From positions 1 through 64,000 of the IMG/VR virus record IMGVR_UViG_3300036860_000542: a stretch of DNA of 64,000 nt; one strand, written 5' to 3'. Positions 38,889-47,781 of the stretch are shown one piece after another. The stretch is from a virus. The number at the start of each line of letters is the position of its first letter. Position 1 is the first letter of the stretch. Position numbers and translations under genes: made by a program. The notes under the pieces are model-generated. The model saw only the letters and a list, made by a program, of their open reading frames with translations, did not search any database and had not been told where the DNA came from.

Positions 38889-39229
38889 CAGCGCTTCCCC
38901 AGGGAGTACCCGATGAAGAAGGGGATACCCAGAACGGCGAGCGCGGCGACCGGCGCGACCCACTTGTGCTGCAGGGCGTACTTGTACGCCTTCAGGGGCG
39001 CCACCGCGTACTTGAGGCCGATACCAGCAGGCTTGGCGCCGCCAGGTTTGGCTGGCGGCTGCAGCGCGTTGATGTCCATGATGAGCCCCGTCACCTTGGG
39101 GAGTGCTGGGTCATCAAGGATCGCGGACGTGGCCTGCACAACTCCGCCCACCTTGCCGGCGTACTCGGCCACCGCGCCAGCGAGTGCTTGGCGGCGAGCT
39201 CTGCTCCGGTTGCGGTTGACGTAGCTCAT
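38888..39229 (-). CDS. putative virion membrane protein
   Basis: MSYV basic leader; C-terminal hydrophobic helix followed by GKR. Confidence 0.7.
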   Translation of the reverse strand: MSYVNRNRSRARRQALAGAVAEYAGKVGGVVQATSAILDDPALPKVTGLIMDINALQPPAKPGGAKPAGIGLKYAVAPLKAYKYALQHKWVAPVAALAVLGIPFFIGYSLGKR

Positions 39230-39337
39230 CAGATCCTCAAGTAGCCCGTCGATCTTCGTCTCCGTCCCTGAACACGTCTCCGGTAGTTCGTGCAGGGTAG
39301 GCCTCGCGAGGCCGACGGGCTAGTTCAAGAGCCGATG

Positions 39338-39949
39338 CTACTTCTTCCTCCTTCCGGCCAGACGCATCACCAGGTTGCCGACGCCCAGCTTGGTCCAGGC
39401 CAGGTAGGCGATCCCAACGATCACGCCCCACTTCATGAGCTGGCCACTGGTGTCACACTGCCAGGCGCCGTACTTGGCGATGCACTCGTACTTCTCCTTC
39501 TCCTTCGCGTAGTCGGCGTAGGAGTTGATCGCCGCCATGAGCACTAGAGCCACGGCGCCAACCACGATCAACAGGGGCAGGATGCCCTGCGCCTGCGGGC
39601 CGGAGGGCGGTGGCGCCGCGCCGACGATGATCAGTCGAGCGAGGGTCGGAGCGTCCGATGGGAGACGGACGTTCGACCCGTATACCTCGAGCAGGAGCGC
39701 TTGCATCTTCGCCGCCAGCGTCGCCTCGATCTGAGCCCGTTCGGCCGCCTCTGTTGGGGAGAGCCCGGCGCGGCTGTTCATGTCGCGGTACTTGAGCCAG
39801 TCCTTCAAGGACCGCTTCATCTTGTTGAGCTCGACTCGAGGGTTCTTCATGGGGGTAGCTCCCATCCCACCGTAGTGGATGAGCTCCGCCAACGGCGCAT
39901 CGGAATGCGGGATCTGGCGGACAGGAACGGTGTCGTAGTGCTTCGCCAC
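39338..39949 (-). CDS. putative virion membrane protein, two TM helices
   Basis: GTG start with AGGAG SD; YGGMGATPMKNP; two hydrophobic helices; basic tail. Confidence 0.7.
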   Translation of the reverse strand: MAKHYDTVPVRQIPHSDAPLAELIHYGGMGATPMKNPRVELNKMKRSLKDWLKYRDMNSRAGLSPTEAAERAQIEATLAAKMQALLLEVYGSNVRLPSDAPTLARLIIVGAAPPPSGPQAQGILPLLIVVGAVALVLMAAINSYADYAKEKEKYECIAKYGAWQCDTSGQLMKWGVIVGIAYLAWTKLGVGNLVMRLAGRRKK

Positions 39950-39957
39950 TTCGTCTC

Positions 39958-40572
39958 CTACATGTTGACGATGCGGTAGCCAGGCAGCGCGACCACGAGC
40001 TGGCCCTGCGTCGGCGGCGTCGAGCCGCTGAACGTGATGGCCTCGTAGGTCGGGGTGACGGCGATCGTCGTGTTCGGGGTGAACAGCGACGGCACCGGCA
40101 GCGGGATGACGTTCTCCGGCTGCGAGAGCAGTCCACCAGGAACCGGGGACGACTGGAAGTTGCGCTGCGACCCGGTGTCGATGAACTGGTAGCTGATGTC
40201 GATGAAGTCGGCCGCGATGGTCTGCGTGGGGAGCTGCGCCGAGCACACCGGCCGCCACCGACCGAAGTTGGTGGCGCTGGAGGGCAGCGTCGGCTTCCAC
40301 AGGATCATCGGGTAGTGGGTCATGATGAACGGGCCGTCCTGGGAGACCAGCATCTGGGCTGGGTTCCCCTGGCGACCGTTCACCGTGATGTCGAACAGCA
40401 CGGTGCCGACGAGGGTATAGAAGAGACGACGACCAGGGATGGCGTCGATCTCCTCCTGGACGGTGCGCGGCTTCTTGGCCGCCTCCTTCAGGATGTCCAT
40501 CTCCTGTCGGAGACGCATGATCTCCTGCTTGAAGGGGGCGAGGGCCTGTCTGAGGGCTGCGTTGTCGGACAT
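39958..40572 (-). CDS. putative single-jelly-roll capsid protein 2
   Basis: Short N-terminal coiled coil then about 160 aa of alternating beta-type sequence; LPVPSLF.PNTTIAV and terminal LVVALPGYR mirror the upstream gene. Confidence 0.55.
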   Translation of the reverse strand: MSDNAALRQALAPFKQEIMRLRQEMDILKEAAKKPRTVQEEIDAIPGRRLFYTLVGTVLFDITVNGRQGNPAQMLVSQDGPFIMTHYPMILWKPTLPSSATNFGRWRPVCSAQLPTQTIAADFIDISYQFIDTGSQRNFQSSPVPGGLLSQPENVIPLPVPSLFTPNTTIAVTPTYEAITFSGSTPPTQGQLVVALPGYRIVNM

Positions 40573-40655
40573 CGGAAGCACTCCCTATACCCGGAGGTTG
40601 GGCTGGTCTGGTCGAACACCGGGTTGCGACTCGCCAGACCTTCGAGGGTAGAAGT

Positions 40656-40702
40656 GAGGGGGGAAGTCGGGCGGGGTGTGGGTGTACCCGACTTCCCCCC
40701 TC
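40656..40702 (-). terminator. 16-bp perfect hairpin after the putative major capsid gene
   Basis: GAGGGGGGAAGTCGGG 40656-40671 / CCCGACTTCCCCCCTC 40687-40702; weak U tract. Confidence 0.65.
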
Positions 40703-40713
40703 GTGTCGAACGA

Positions 40714-41292
40714 CTACTGGACGTCGCGGGTCTGGAGGCCGTCGATGACGAACATGATCACCTTCTCGTCATCGGTGGCGCCCGTGTTCAGGTTCACCAG
40801 GGCGTCGGTGGAGCCCACGGTGAAGAACTGGCACTGGACCGCGAAGTTCTGGCGGACCGGCACCATGATGGGCCGCGCCAGCTTCAGGATCGCCTCGTGG
40901 GTCGGATCGCCGAGGTTGAAGATGGACGTGGTGTCGTCCACCGAACCCCAGACGCCGCCGCCCGACGGGTAGTACCAGCACGGCGCCTGGAAGGCCGGCT
41001 TGTCACCCAGCGACAGGGTGAAGTAGAGCTGCGAAGCCACCCGCAGGTAGTTCGCACGACGGTTGGTGCCGTTGAAGTACAGCCAGCACCGCAGGGCCAG
41101 GATGACGTAGGTCTGATCGGACGCGAGCTGGCCGGCGACCTGGAGGTTCGTGAGGTCCAGGCGGCCGATGTTCGCGTTGCCGAACAGCACCGTGGTCTGC
41201 TGGACCACCGGCGAGGGGGTGCCGGTGGTGCGGATGATGGTGTCCCAGAACGGCTGGTGACGACGTTCCTTGACTCCGTGAAGACGAGGCAT
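40714..41292 (-). CDS. putative single-jelly-roll major capsid protein
   Basis: 192 aa, beta-rich, strong AAGGAG SD, strongly biased codons, followed by a strong hairpin; TNL..AGQL, L..PI.VP.RQNF.V, terminal FVIDG..R.VQ. Confidence 0.62.
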   Translation of the reverse strand: MPRLHGVKERRHQPFWDTIIRTTGTPSPVVQQTTVLFGNANIGRLDLTNLQVAGQLASDQTYVILALRCWLYFNGTNRRANYLRVASQLYFTLSLGDKPAFQAPCWYYPSGGGVWGSVDDTTSIFNLGDPTHEAILKLARPIMVPVRQNFAVQCQFFTVGSTDALVNLNTGATDDEKVIMFVIDGLQTRDVQ

Positions 41293-41465
41293 CTGGCTTT
41301 CTCCTTGCTCTCGACGTCCTCTGTTTTGTCTCGACCGAGCATCATTGCCGGTCTAGTGGGGTGACTTCCCCATCTGCAGACGTCGATCCAGCGGGTAGTG
41401 CAGCGGGCAGCGCGGAGTGAAGTGGAAGGTGGGGGCCCCCGAAGGAGCCCCCACCTAGTCGCGTT

Positions 41466-42881
41466 CTAGTAGCCCCAGCCCCAGCCGCCGAAGATGCCGG
41501 CGTACAGGGAGTCGAGCTTGTCGGCGGCCGGCGTCCACTGGGGGACCGTTCGGACCATCGACCTGGAGGGCACAGGGGCCAGCATGCGGGCCGTGGGGAC
41601 CGGGGCGACCATGGCAGGAGCACCGGCGGCGCCGAGCTCCTCGTAGGCACCGGTCTCCATGTACTCGCCGAGCTCCTCTTCGGCGCCCGTCTCGACGTAC
41701 TCGCCCGTCTCGACGTACTCGCCCATGTCCTGCTGGAAGGCGCCGAGGGCCTCGTCGTACACGCCCTCCGCCGCGCCCAGGGCAGCCTGGACCGACAGCG
41801 GGGCGTACGCCTTGATGAGGGCCTCGATCAGGTTCACGCCCAGGCCGATCATGATCGGCGAGTGGTACCGGGACAGGAACCGGACCTTCTTGGTGGCGAT
41901 GCTGCCCAGGACCACCATGCCGGCATGGAGGACAGGACCAGCGTGGTTGCCCAGCTTGTCCGCCACCATGCCGCCCAGGCGGCTCACGATCAGCCGGCCA
42001 CCGACCATGGCGCCGACTACCGGAAGGGCAGCCTTGGCCACGGTCATGAGCCCGCCGAGCGGGTTCTTGCGGAGGCGGAAGCCCCGCAGGATGCCACCAC
42101 GACGCCGGCCATGACGGCGCCGACGCGGGTTGTGACGCCGACGCCGACGGCGACGGGGATTCGCCAGCACGGGGGCGAAGGCATTGCGGCGACGACGCCG
42201 AGCGTGACGACGCCGACGAGGATTCCGACGAGCCTTGCGACGCCGACGCTTCCGGCGCGGGTTCATCAACGGCTCACCCGCTGTGAAGTGCCGACCACCG
42301 GCGTACTTCTTCCGCCGGGTCCGCCACGCCTTCTTGGCCGCACGACGCCGACGCGCCTTCCCGTAGCTCTTCCGGCGCACCTTGCCACGGCGGGCCTTCC
42401 GACGCTTGCGGAAGCCCTTGGGTCCGTACTTCTTCCGCCGGGTCCGCCACGCCTTGAGGGCGGCGCGACGGCGCTTGCTCGACTTCCTCTTCTTCGCCAT
42501 CGGGGTTCTCCTTCTCTTGGGCCGTCGCGCCTTCCGGCGCGGGTTGGTGTACAACAGGGCCGCGTTGCGGCGGCGACGCCTCCGGCGCGGGTTGGCCAGC
42601 GCCGTCATGTGGGGGTTCTTGCGGCGGCGCCGAGCCTTGCCGAACTTCTTGTTGTGGGCCCGCCAGTAGCGCTTGAGGCCGATCGGCATCTTGCGCGAGA
42701 TCTTCACAGGACCCTTCGGACGGCGCGCCTTGGAGCGCTTCCGCTTCGGGTTCAGGCGGGACGCCCGAACAGCAGCGAGGCCGCCGCGGGCAGTGGAAGC
42801 AGTTCGACGGGCCTTGATGAGGCCGAGCTTTCGCCGGAGGGCTGCGGTTCTTCCAGGAGGATTGACGAACCAGGTTGGCAT
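41466..42881 (-). CDS. protamine-like Arg/Lys-rich core polyprotein with membrane-associated and acidic C-terminal domains
   Basis: About 270 aa of Arg/Lys runs split by ten NP dipeptides; then hydrophobic helices; then GEYVET repeats. Confidence 0.75.
   Translation of the reverse strand: MPTWFVNPPGRTAALRRKLGLIKARRTASTARGGLAAVRASRLNPKRKRSKARRPKGPVKISRKMPIGLKRYWRAHNKKFGKARRRRKNPHMTALANPRRRRRRRNAALLYTNPRRKARRPKRRRTPMAKKRKSSKRRRAALKAWRTRRKKYGPKGFRKRRKARRGKVRRKSYGKARRRRAAKKAWRTRRKKYAGGRHFTAGEPLMNPRRKRRRRKARRNPRRRRHARRRRRNAFAPVLANPRRRRRRRHNPRRRRHGRRRGGILRGFRLRKNPLGGLMTVAKAALPVVGAMVGGRLIVSRLGGMVADKLGNHAGPVLHAGMVVLGSIATKKVRFLSRYHSPIMIGLGVNLIEALIKAYAPLSVQAALGAAEGVYDEALGAFQQDMGEYVETGEYVETGAEEELGEYMETGAYEELGAAGAPAMVAPVPTARMLAPVPSRSMVRTVPQWTPAADKLDSLYAGIFGGWGWGY
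41684..41724. repeat. 18-bp tandem repeat encoding GEYVET
   Basis: CGCCCGTCTCGACGTACT twice plus a partial copy. Confidence 0.85.
42302..42455. repeat. 31-bp direct repeat encoding KAWRTRRKKY
   Basis: Identical copies at 42302-42332 and 42425-42455. Confidence 0.85.
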
Positions 42882-42977
42882 GCTCTCTCCGTTCAGTTTC
42901 CCAACGACAAATCGTTGGGGGCGCTTCCGCGGTTACTGTTGTCCGCGCACCGGAGAGAGCGAGGACTTGCGAGTCTA

Positions 42978-43007
42978 AAGATACGGGTACTTCCAGGACC
43001 CTGTCAA
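42978..43007 (-). promoter_or_regulatory. sigma70-like promoter for the core/capsid operon
   Basis: Minus strand TTGACA-18 nt-TATCTT. Confidence 0.65.
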
Positions 43008-43009
43008 GT

Positions 43010-43438
43010 TCATCTACGCCTGGGGGAGGATAGAGCGGAATCCAGCTTAGATTCCAAGCGGTTAAGAGATTCGAGAATCGACCGAAGTCGTACCTCCTGC
43101 TCCGCTTTGGATACCTCGAGCGTCTTCACACGCTCGTCGAGGGTCTTCTGCATGGCGGTGTACTCCGCCCTCGCGCTCACGAAGCTCTCCGCGTCGGGGT
43201 ACTTCCCGAGACGGAACACCGTCACCGCGATCGGCACACCCATGGTGATGACGAAGGCGCACACCCACGATGCCACCTTCGCGATCGACGGACGAAGCAT
43301 GTTCTCGATCCACGAGAACTTCGTATTGCCCTGGTTGAGGCTGTTCTTCACCTCTTCCTTGAAGTGCGCGAAGGTGTGCTCAATGACGAGCATGCGATCG
43401 CGCAGCTCCTTGAACTCTTCGGCTTCCTGTGGAGTCAT
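43010..43438 (-). CDS. membrane protein with coiled coils (holin-like candidate)
   Basis: One central TM helix flanked by heptad segments; ATGA overlap. Confidence 0.5.
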   Translation of the reverse strand: MTPQEAEEFKELRDRMLVIEHTFAHFKEEVKNSLNQGNTKFSWIENMLRPSIAKVASWVCAFVITMGVPIAVTVFRLGKYPDAESFVSARAEYTAMQKTLDERVKTLEVSKAEQEVRLRSILESLNRLESKLDSALSSPRRR

Positions 43439-44145
43439 CCGGTTATGCCTTCCGGTCTCACGTCCAGCATCCCGCCCCACAACGCGGCCTCGAGCCTCGC
43501 TCGAGGTCCCTTCACGTCGATGATGAGCAGGGCGCGACCGGAAGGAACAGCGTAGAGCTCAGGATACGGTCGCGCCTCTGCATCAGACTTCCTGCCGGCG
43601 GCGTTCTTGTACTGGAAGCCGAGACACAGGCCGAGCAGGTAGAGGCTCTCCACCTTCTTCAGCCAACTAGGAACCTCTTCCAGCGGACCCTCATCGATCA
43701 TGGAGTCCGTTGGCACGTACACACCCACTCCGGCCTCGTGCTCGTGGATGTAGTCGTTGAACTTCGACTCCCACTTGTCGGAGCGATAGAGGATGTGGTA
43801 GGCATCGCCGATGTACATGAGCTCCGAAGGCATCTGAAAGCCTTCCAGAATGCCGAACTCCTGGGGATCGAACTTGGTGAAGCGCTTGTAACCCTTCACC
43901 GCGTCCATGAAGTCGGGGGGAGGTTCAGGTGGGTTCTTTTGTGGACGCTCGCCCAACTTGCGAAACATGTCCTCTTTCGAGAAACCCAGGTATCCGTGCA
44001 TGTGATGCTTGCCCATGCCAGCGTCGGCATCAAACCAGGCGTTGCTCTGTCGATCAAAGTAGACCGTCGCGATGGTGTTGCCATCGTCGTCAACCACCAG
44101 TTGATTGCCGGTGTCCGCGTAGTCCTTGGCACGTTTCAACTTCAC
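43435..44145 (-). CDS. putative virion protein with internal KNP junction
   Basis: Two segments joined at RPQKNPPEPPP; position in structural block. Confidence 0.55.
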   Translation of the reverse strand: MKLKRAKDYADTGNQLVVDDDGNTIATVYFDRQSNAWFDADAGMGKHHMHGYLGFSKEDMFRKLGERPQKNPPEPPPDFMDAVKGYKRFTKFDPQEFGILEGFQMPSELMYIGDAYHILYRSDKWESKFNDYIHEHEAGVGVYVPTDSMIDEGPLEEVPSWLKKVESLYLLGLCLGFQYKNAAGRKSDAEARPYPELYAVPSGRALLIIDVKGPRARLEAALWGGMLDVRPEGITG

Positions 44146-44564
44146 CGAATCGCCTCCAACGTCTCGACGAAGTGGCGGTTGGAGAGCGCGCTATCTCCAC
44201 GCAGAGATCGGATTCTGGAGACGACGGTTCGAGCACTCATACCCATGATCCGCATCGCCATGGCAGCCACCCAGGCGGAACGGTTGCGGCCCGCAAAACA
44301 GGTGACGAGAACCTTCTTGCCCCTCTCCAACGCATCCGCCACCACGACCGCAGTGCGAAGCGCCCACGCACGCTCCGTCAAGGTGGGCTTGGCGTCGTCA
44401 AGGCCTACGTAGACGAGGTTCTGTCCGGTCTCTGGGAATCGAGGTTGGTACTCAAGGGCAGTGAAGACGATCATATCGAAGCCCTTCGGAAGAACCATGG
44501 GAGCCGAACCGATGAATAGGTTCGGATACACCTCAGTTCTGTCTGCGAGCTCCTTCATGTTCAT
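44142..44564 (-). CDS. dual-specificity protein phosphatase
   Basis: EVYPNLFIGS, LDD acid loop, VLVTCFAGRNRS (CX5R), R..AL.N..F. Confidence 0.85.
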   Translation of the reverse strand: MNMKELADRTEVYPNLFIGSAPMVLPKGFDMIVFTALEYQPRFPETGQNLVYVGLDDAKPTLTERAWALRTAVVVADALERGKKVLVTCFAGRNRSAWVAAMAMRIMGMSARTVVSRIRSLRGDSALSNRHFVETLEAIR

Positions 44565-44845
44565 CTCATGATGCGCCAGAGGCCGTAACCGAGCAACCCC
44601 AGGCCAATGTACAACGACCAAGAGGAGCCGCCGAGATCGAAGTCTCCCAATCCTCGAGCGATCTGGCCACGAGCAGCTGCGCCCTCACCGATTTTCCTCA
44701 CGCCAGCAGGCAGTGCCCAACCAGCTTGGTCTGAAGCCACACGGGTGCCGAGATGAGATGGTGCCTTCGGGAACGCGGCGGTCTGATGGCCGTCCTCGTA
44801 GTAGTCGTACCGGCGCAAGGCCGGCTTCCAGACCGAGTAGATCAC
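44561..44845 (-). CDS. small tail-anchored membrane protein
   Basis: RGLGDF followed by a C-terminal hydrophobic helix. Confidence 0.65.
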   Translation of the reverse strand: MIYSVWKPALRRYDYYEDGHQTAAFPKAPSHLGTRVASDQAGWALPAGVRKIGEGAAARGQIARGLGDFDLGGSSWSLYIGLGLLGYGLWRIMR

Positions 44846-45030
44846 TTCTTTCCGCCCAGCCAGATCAGAGCCATCACCAGGACGAAGGTTCCGCCGAGGC
44901 CGAGAAGAACACTCTTCCCGTCCACCGCACCAAGACCATGCTTCCTGGAGGGAGGAGCCGGGTAGCCGCGCCAGTCCCAGGCGTAGGGCGCCATGCCGTG
45001 GGAGTAGAATCCATCCTTGGGAGCTGCCAT
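44842..45030 (-). CDS. small tail-anchored membrane protein
   Basis: HGLGAV followed by a hydrophobic helix and GKK. Confidence 0.65.
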   Translation of the reverse strand: MAAPKDGFYSHGMAPYAWDWRGYPAPPSRKHGLGAVDGKSVLLGLGGTFVLVMALIWLGGKK

Positions 45031-45034
45031 CGGA

Positions 45035-46009
45035 CTACCTCCGCTTCTTCTTGGGCTTGAAGATGAAGAAGGCCGCGACGCCGATGCCGGCGGCGGCGAC
45101 CATGCCGTACCCGGACGTGAGGAAGTTCATGATGCCGCTTCCCAGGAGCGACGTGCCGGCGCTACCCGCGTCGGGCGACATCGATGACACGAGGCTCTGC
45201 ACGGAGGCCACCGCCTGGCCCGCGGTGCCAAGGTACTTCCTGATTATGATGGCCGTCTTGTCGGCCGAGGCCGCCACGACGAACGGACGCTGGTACTTCT
45301 CCCAGGCGATGTAGACACCCTGGAGATGGTTCGCCTCATCCGTGGTGAGCTTACGATTGTAGCGATCCAAGAATAGCTCCTTGGCCCTCCGCGCTGCGGC
45401 AGCCGCCGTCTTCGGGCCGATCTTCCCATCGATCGCCACGCCGAGGACCGTCTGGAGCTGCTTGAACTTGGTGGTCACGGCTGGGCTCTTGCCGAAGCAA
45501 TACTCCGCGCTGCCACCGCCCACACAATCGATCGACGTGCTGGGGATCGTATAGATGATGGCGGCGTCGAGCGGAGACACTGAAGCACCAAGGCTGATCG
45601 GCTCGCCGATCGCTGTGCGCTGCGTCTGCTTCCAGTTGATCTGCTTCATCGGCTTCAGGTTCCACCGCTTGTTGCGGCGGCAGAGCTTGTAGATATGCAT
45701 CCACGGAACCGCCGGCCAGTTGCGGCCCGCAACCTGAGCGATGGCAGACTGAGTCGCCGCGTTCATGAGGCCGTTTCTCGGGACGTTGAAGCCGAGCTCG
45801 TTGAGGCACTTCTGGATGCCTTGCACGACCACCATGACCGGCTGCGAGGACGGATCGCTCTCCCCAGGCGTGAGGAAGAGAGTCGGGACCGCCATGCTGG
45901 CCAGATACGGTCGCACGCCCATGTCGGCGATGATCTGCCGAACGTCGAGCGGGCCGATCGGGAACTCAGGCGCTTCGGCTTCGCCGTTCTTCTTCTCTTC
46001 CTTTGCCAT
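45035..46009 (-). CDS. membrane-anchored protein with two peptidoglycan-binding-like motifs
   Basis: VQGIQKCLNELGF....NG.M...T..AI and LQ..LGV.IDGKIGPKT..A; C-terminal TM followed by KPKKKRR. Confidence 0.65.
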   Translation of the reverse strand: MAKEEKKNGEAEAPEFPIGPLDVRQIIADMGVRPYLASMAVPTLFLTPGESDPSSQPVMVVVQGIQKCLNELGFNVPRNGLMNAATQSAIAQVAGRNWPAVPWMHIYKLCRRNKRWNLKPMKQINWKQTQRTAIGEPISLGASVSPLDAAIIYTIPSTSIDCVGGGSAEYCFGKSPAVTTKFKQLQTVLGVAIDGKIGPKTAAAAARRAKELFLDRYNRKLTTDEANHLQGVYIAWEKYQRPFVVAASADKTAIIIRKYLGTAGQAVASVQSLVSSMSPDAGSAGTSLLGSGIMNFLTSGYGMVAAAGIGVAAFFIFKPKKKRR

Positions 46010-46011
46010 GA

Positions 46012-46644
46012 TCAATCTCTCCTTCGAGTCACCAGGTGCGTGACGTAGAACGCGCCAAGACCGATGCCGGCCCACTTCATCCAAGTGGGCACGCTGGGTA
46101 GGAGCCACCAGGCGGCCTTGAATGGCGCCTTGACGATCGCCTGCGCCACGTCGTGCGCGGCTTCAGCAACCGCTTCTCCGAACATCGTGTACGCTCGCGG
46201 TGCCAAGAAGATCCCGCCGGACCGGAGCACAAGCTGTTCGGTGGACTTCCAGAAGCTCACCGCCAAGCTCTCCGGCAGAATCGAGTTGCCGTAGGCGTTC
46301 GCGAGCGCGGTGTTGATCCAACCAGTCTCCGACTGCCAGGCGGGGTACTCGCGCTTCCACGCGATACGGCCGGCGGAAGTGAGCAGCGGTGCTGCCACTC
46401 CGAATAGGAGGGCATTGAAGGCCTCATCGTTGTTCACGCGCTTGTTGACTTGCGTGAACGGCTCCTCCCAGAAGTTCTTCAGCTTCAACCATTGCGTGCC
46501 CGAGAGGTTGGGGTATCGAATGTCCGTCCGACCGGGAAGGAAGACGGAAGTCTCTCCCCAGACACGCCTCGCCTCGTTCTTCTGAGCAGCGAGCATGCCC
46601 ACGAAGTCGCGGTAGTTGACGGTCTGGACGGTGAAGTTCGCCAT
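46012..46644 (-). CDS. tail-anchored membrane protein
   Basis: WMKWAGIGLGAFYV..LV.RRRD. Confidence 0.65.
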   Translation of the reverse strand: MANFTVQTVNYRDFVGMLAAQKNEARRVWGETSVFLPGRTDIRYPNLSGTQWLKLKNFWEEPFTQVNKRVNNDEAFNALLFGVAAPLLTSAGRIAWKREYPAWQSETGWINTALANAYGNSILPESLAVSFWKSTEQLVLRSGGIFLAPRAYTMFGEAVAEAAHDVAQAIVKAPFKAAWWLLPSVPTWMKWAGIGLGAFYVTHLVTRRRD

Positions 46645-46652
46645 GGCTTACC

Positions 46653-47780
46653 TCACTTCAACAGGATGACAGCAAGGAGGATGGCGCCCCCGCCGATGGC
46701 CACCGGGATGATGGGAAAGCCACCGCCGGTAGAGCCAGCATCGCCAGGCGTCGGAGCGCAAAGACCTTGCGCCACGTCGGCGCCGGTCGAACCAGCCTGC
46801 GCGCCCTGTGGTCCACCAGCCGCCGCGCCGCCCGCCATCGCGCCGAGCTTGAGAAGGCCGCTGTTGGCGATCTTGCACGCCACCTTCCCGACCTTGTCGA
46901 GCGCGTTCTTCGCCTTGTCGGCGACCTTGCTGGCCGTCCCGGGGAAGGTGAGCGCAAGAGACGCCCCACCAGTAGCAGGAGCGAGGATGACGCCTGCTCC
47001 CTTCTTGGCGTAGCTCTTCACGGAGCTCCACAGGCCACCGAGACCATCAGCCCCAGCGCAGCACGCACCGAGACCCATGAGGCCGCTGGTGGGCGCCTTG
47101 CCCGTCTTGCCCATCTCCATGAGCTGGTCGAGCGTGTGGTTGGCAACGACGACGGTGATGGCCTTCAGGAGCGCCGTCTTCGCGTCGTACTTCTTCGCCT
47201 TCATCAGCAACTCGGCCTTGGACTCCACCGCGGCCGGGAAGCTCGAGTCGATGTTCCCAAGCACCGCCTGGAGGAAGATCTTCCTCTCGATCGGTGTCCT
47301 GAACTGGCGGGCATCGGCCATCAGCATGCCGGCGATCTGCTTGGCGAGCTGCGCCACGCCATCACGACCGCCGCCCGGAGCGTCGGCAAGCGCGCCGAGC
47401 GAGCTCCGACCAGCGAGCGTCGGGTTCGACAAGGTGCCGTACTTGCCCGCGCTCTTGTTCTCGTCGAAGATTCCGACGCCGACGCGCTCGGTGTGCTCAC
47501 GCGCCGTGACGATCTCCGGGATGAGACCGAAGATCGTCCCGCGCTTCGTGTAGTGGGTGGTTCGCACGCCCTGGCCGAGCGGTTCGTCACGGACCGACTG
47601 CGGAAGGATGTACGGAGGCCAACCGCCTGGGTTCCGCGGGTTGCGCAGGCCCTGAACGTCGATCGTCTTCCTCTTGCGGTACTTCGAGACGATAGCGCCT
47701 CGACGGAACGGCTCGTCGATGACGTTCTGCGGGATCGCGTACCCGGCGATGTAAGGAGATCCGCGTCTCAGAAGAGCCAT
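46653..47780 (-). CDS. putative virion membrane protein with several LG motifs
   Basis: AAGGAG SD; SLGA, GLMGLGA, DGLGGLW; C-terminal TM. Confidence 0.7.
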   Translation of the reverse strand: MALLRRGSPYIAGYAIPQNVIDEPFRRGAIVSKYRKRKTIDVQGLRNPRNPGGWPPYILPQSVRDEPLGQGVRTTHYTKRGTIFGLIPEIVTAREHTERVGVGIFDENKSAGKYGTLSNPTLAGRSSLGALADAPGGGRDGVAQLAKQIAGMLMADARQFRTPIERKIFLQAVLGNIDSSFPAAVESKAELLMKAKKYDAKTALLKAITVVVANHTLDQLMEMGKTGKAPTSGLMGLGACCAGADGLGGLWSSVKSYAKKGAGVILAPATGGASLALTFPGTASKVADKAKNALDKVGKVACKIANSGLLKLGAMAGGAAAGGPQGAQAGSTGADVAQGLCAPTPGDAGSTGGGFPIIPVAIGGGAILLAVILLK

Positions 47781-47781
47781 G

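Noticed and set aside
41862-43523. 553-aa + strand ORF
   Set aside because: Antisense shadow of the Arg-rich gene; promoter, SD and neighbours support the minus strand
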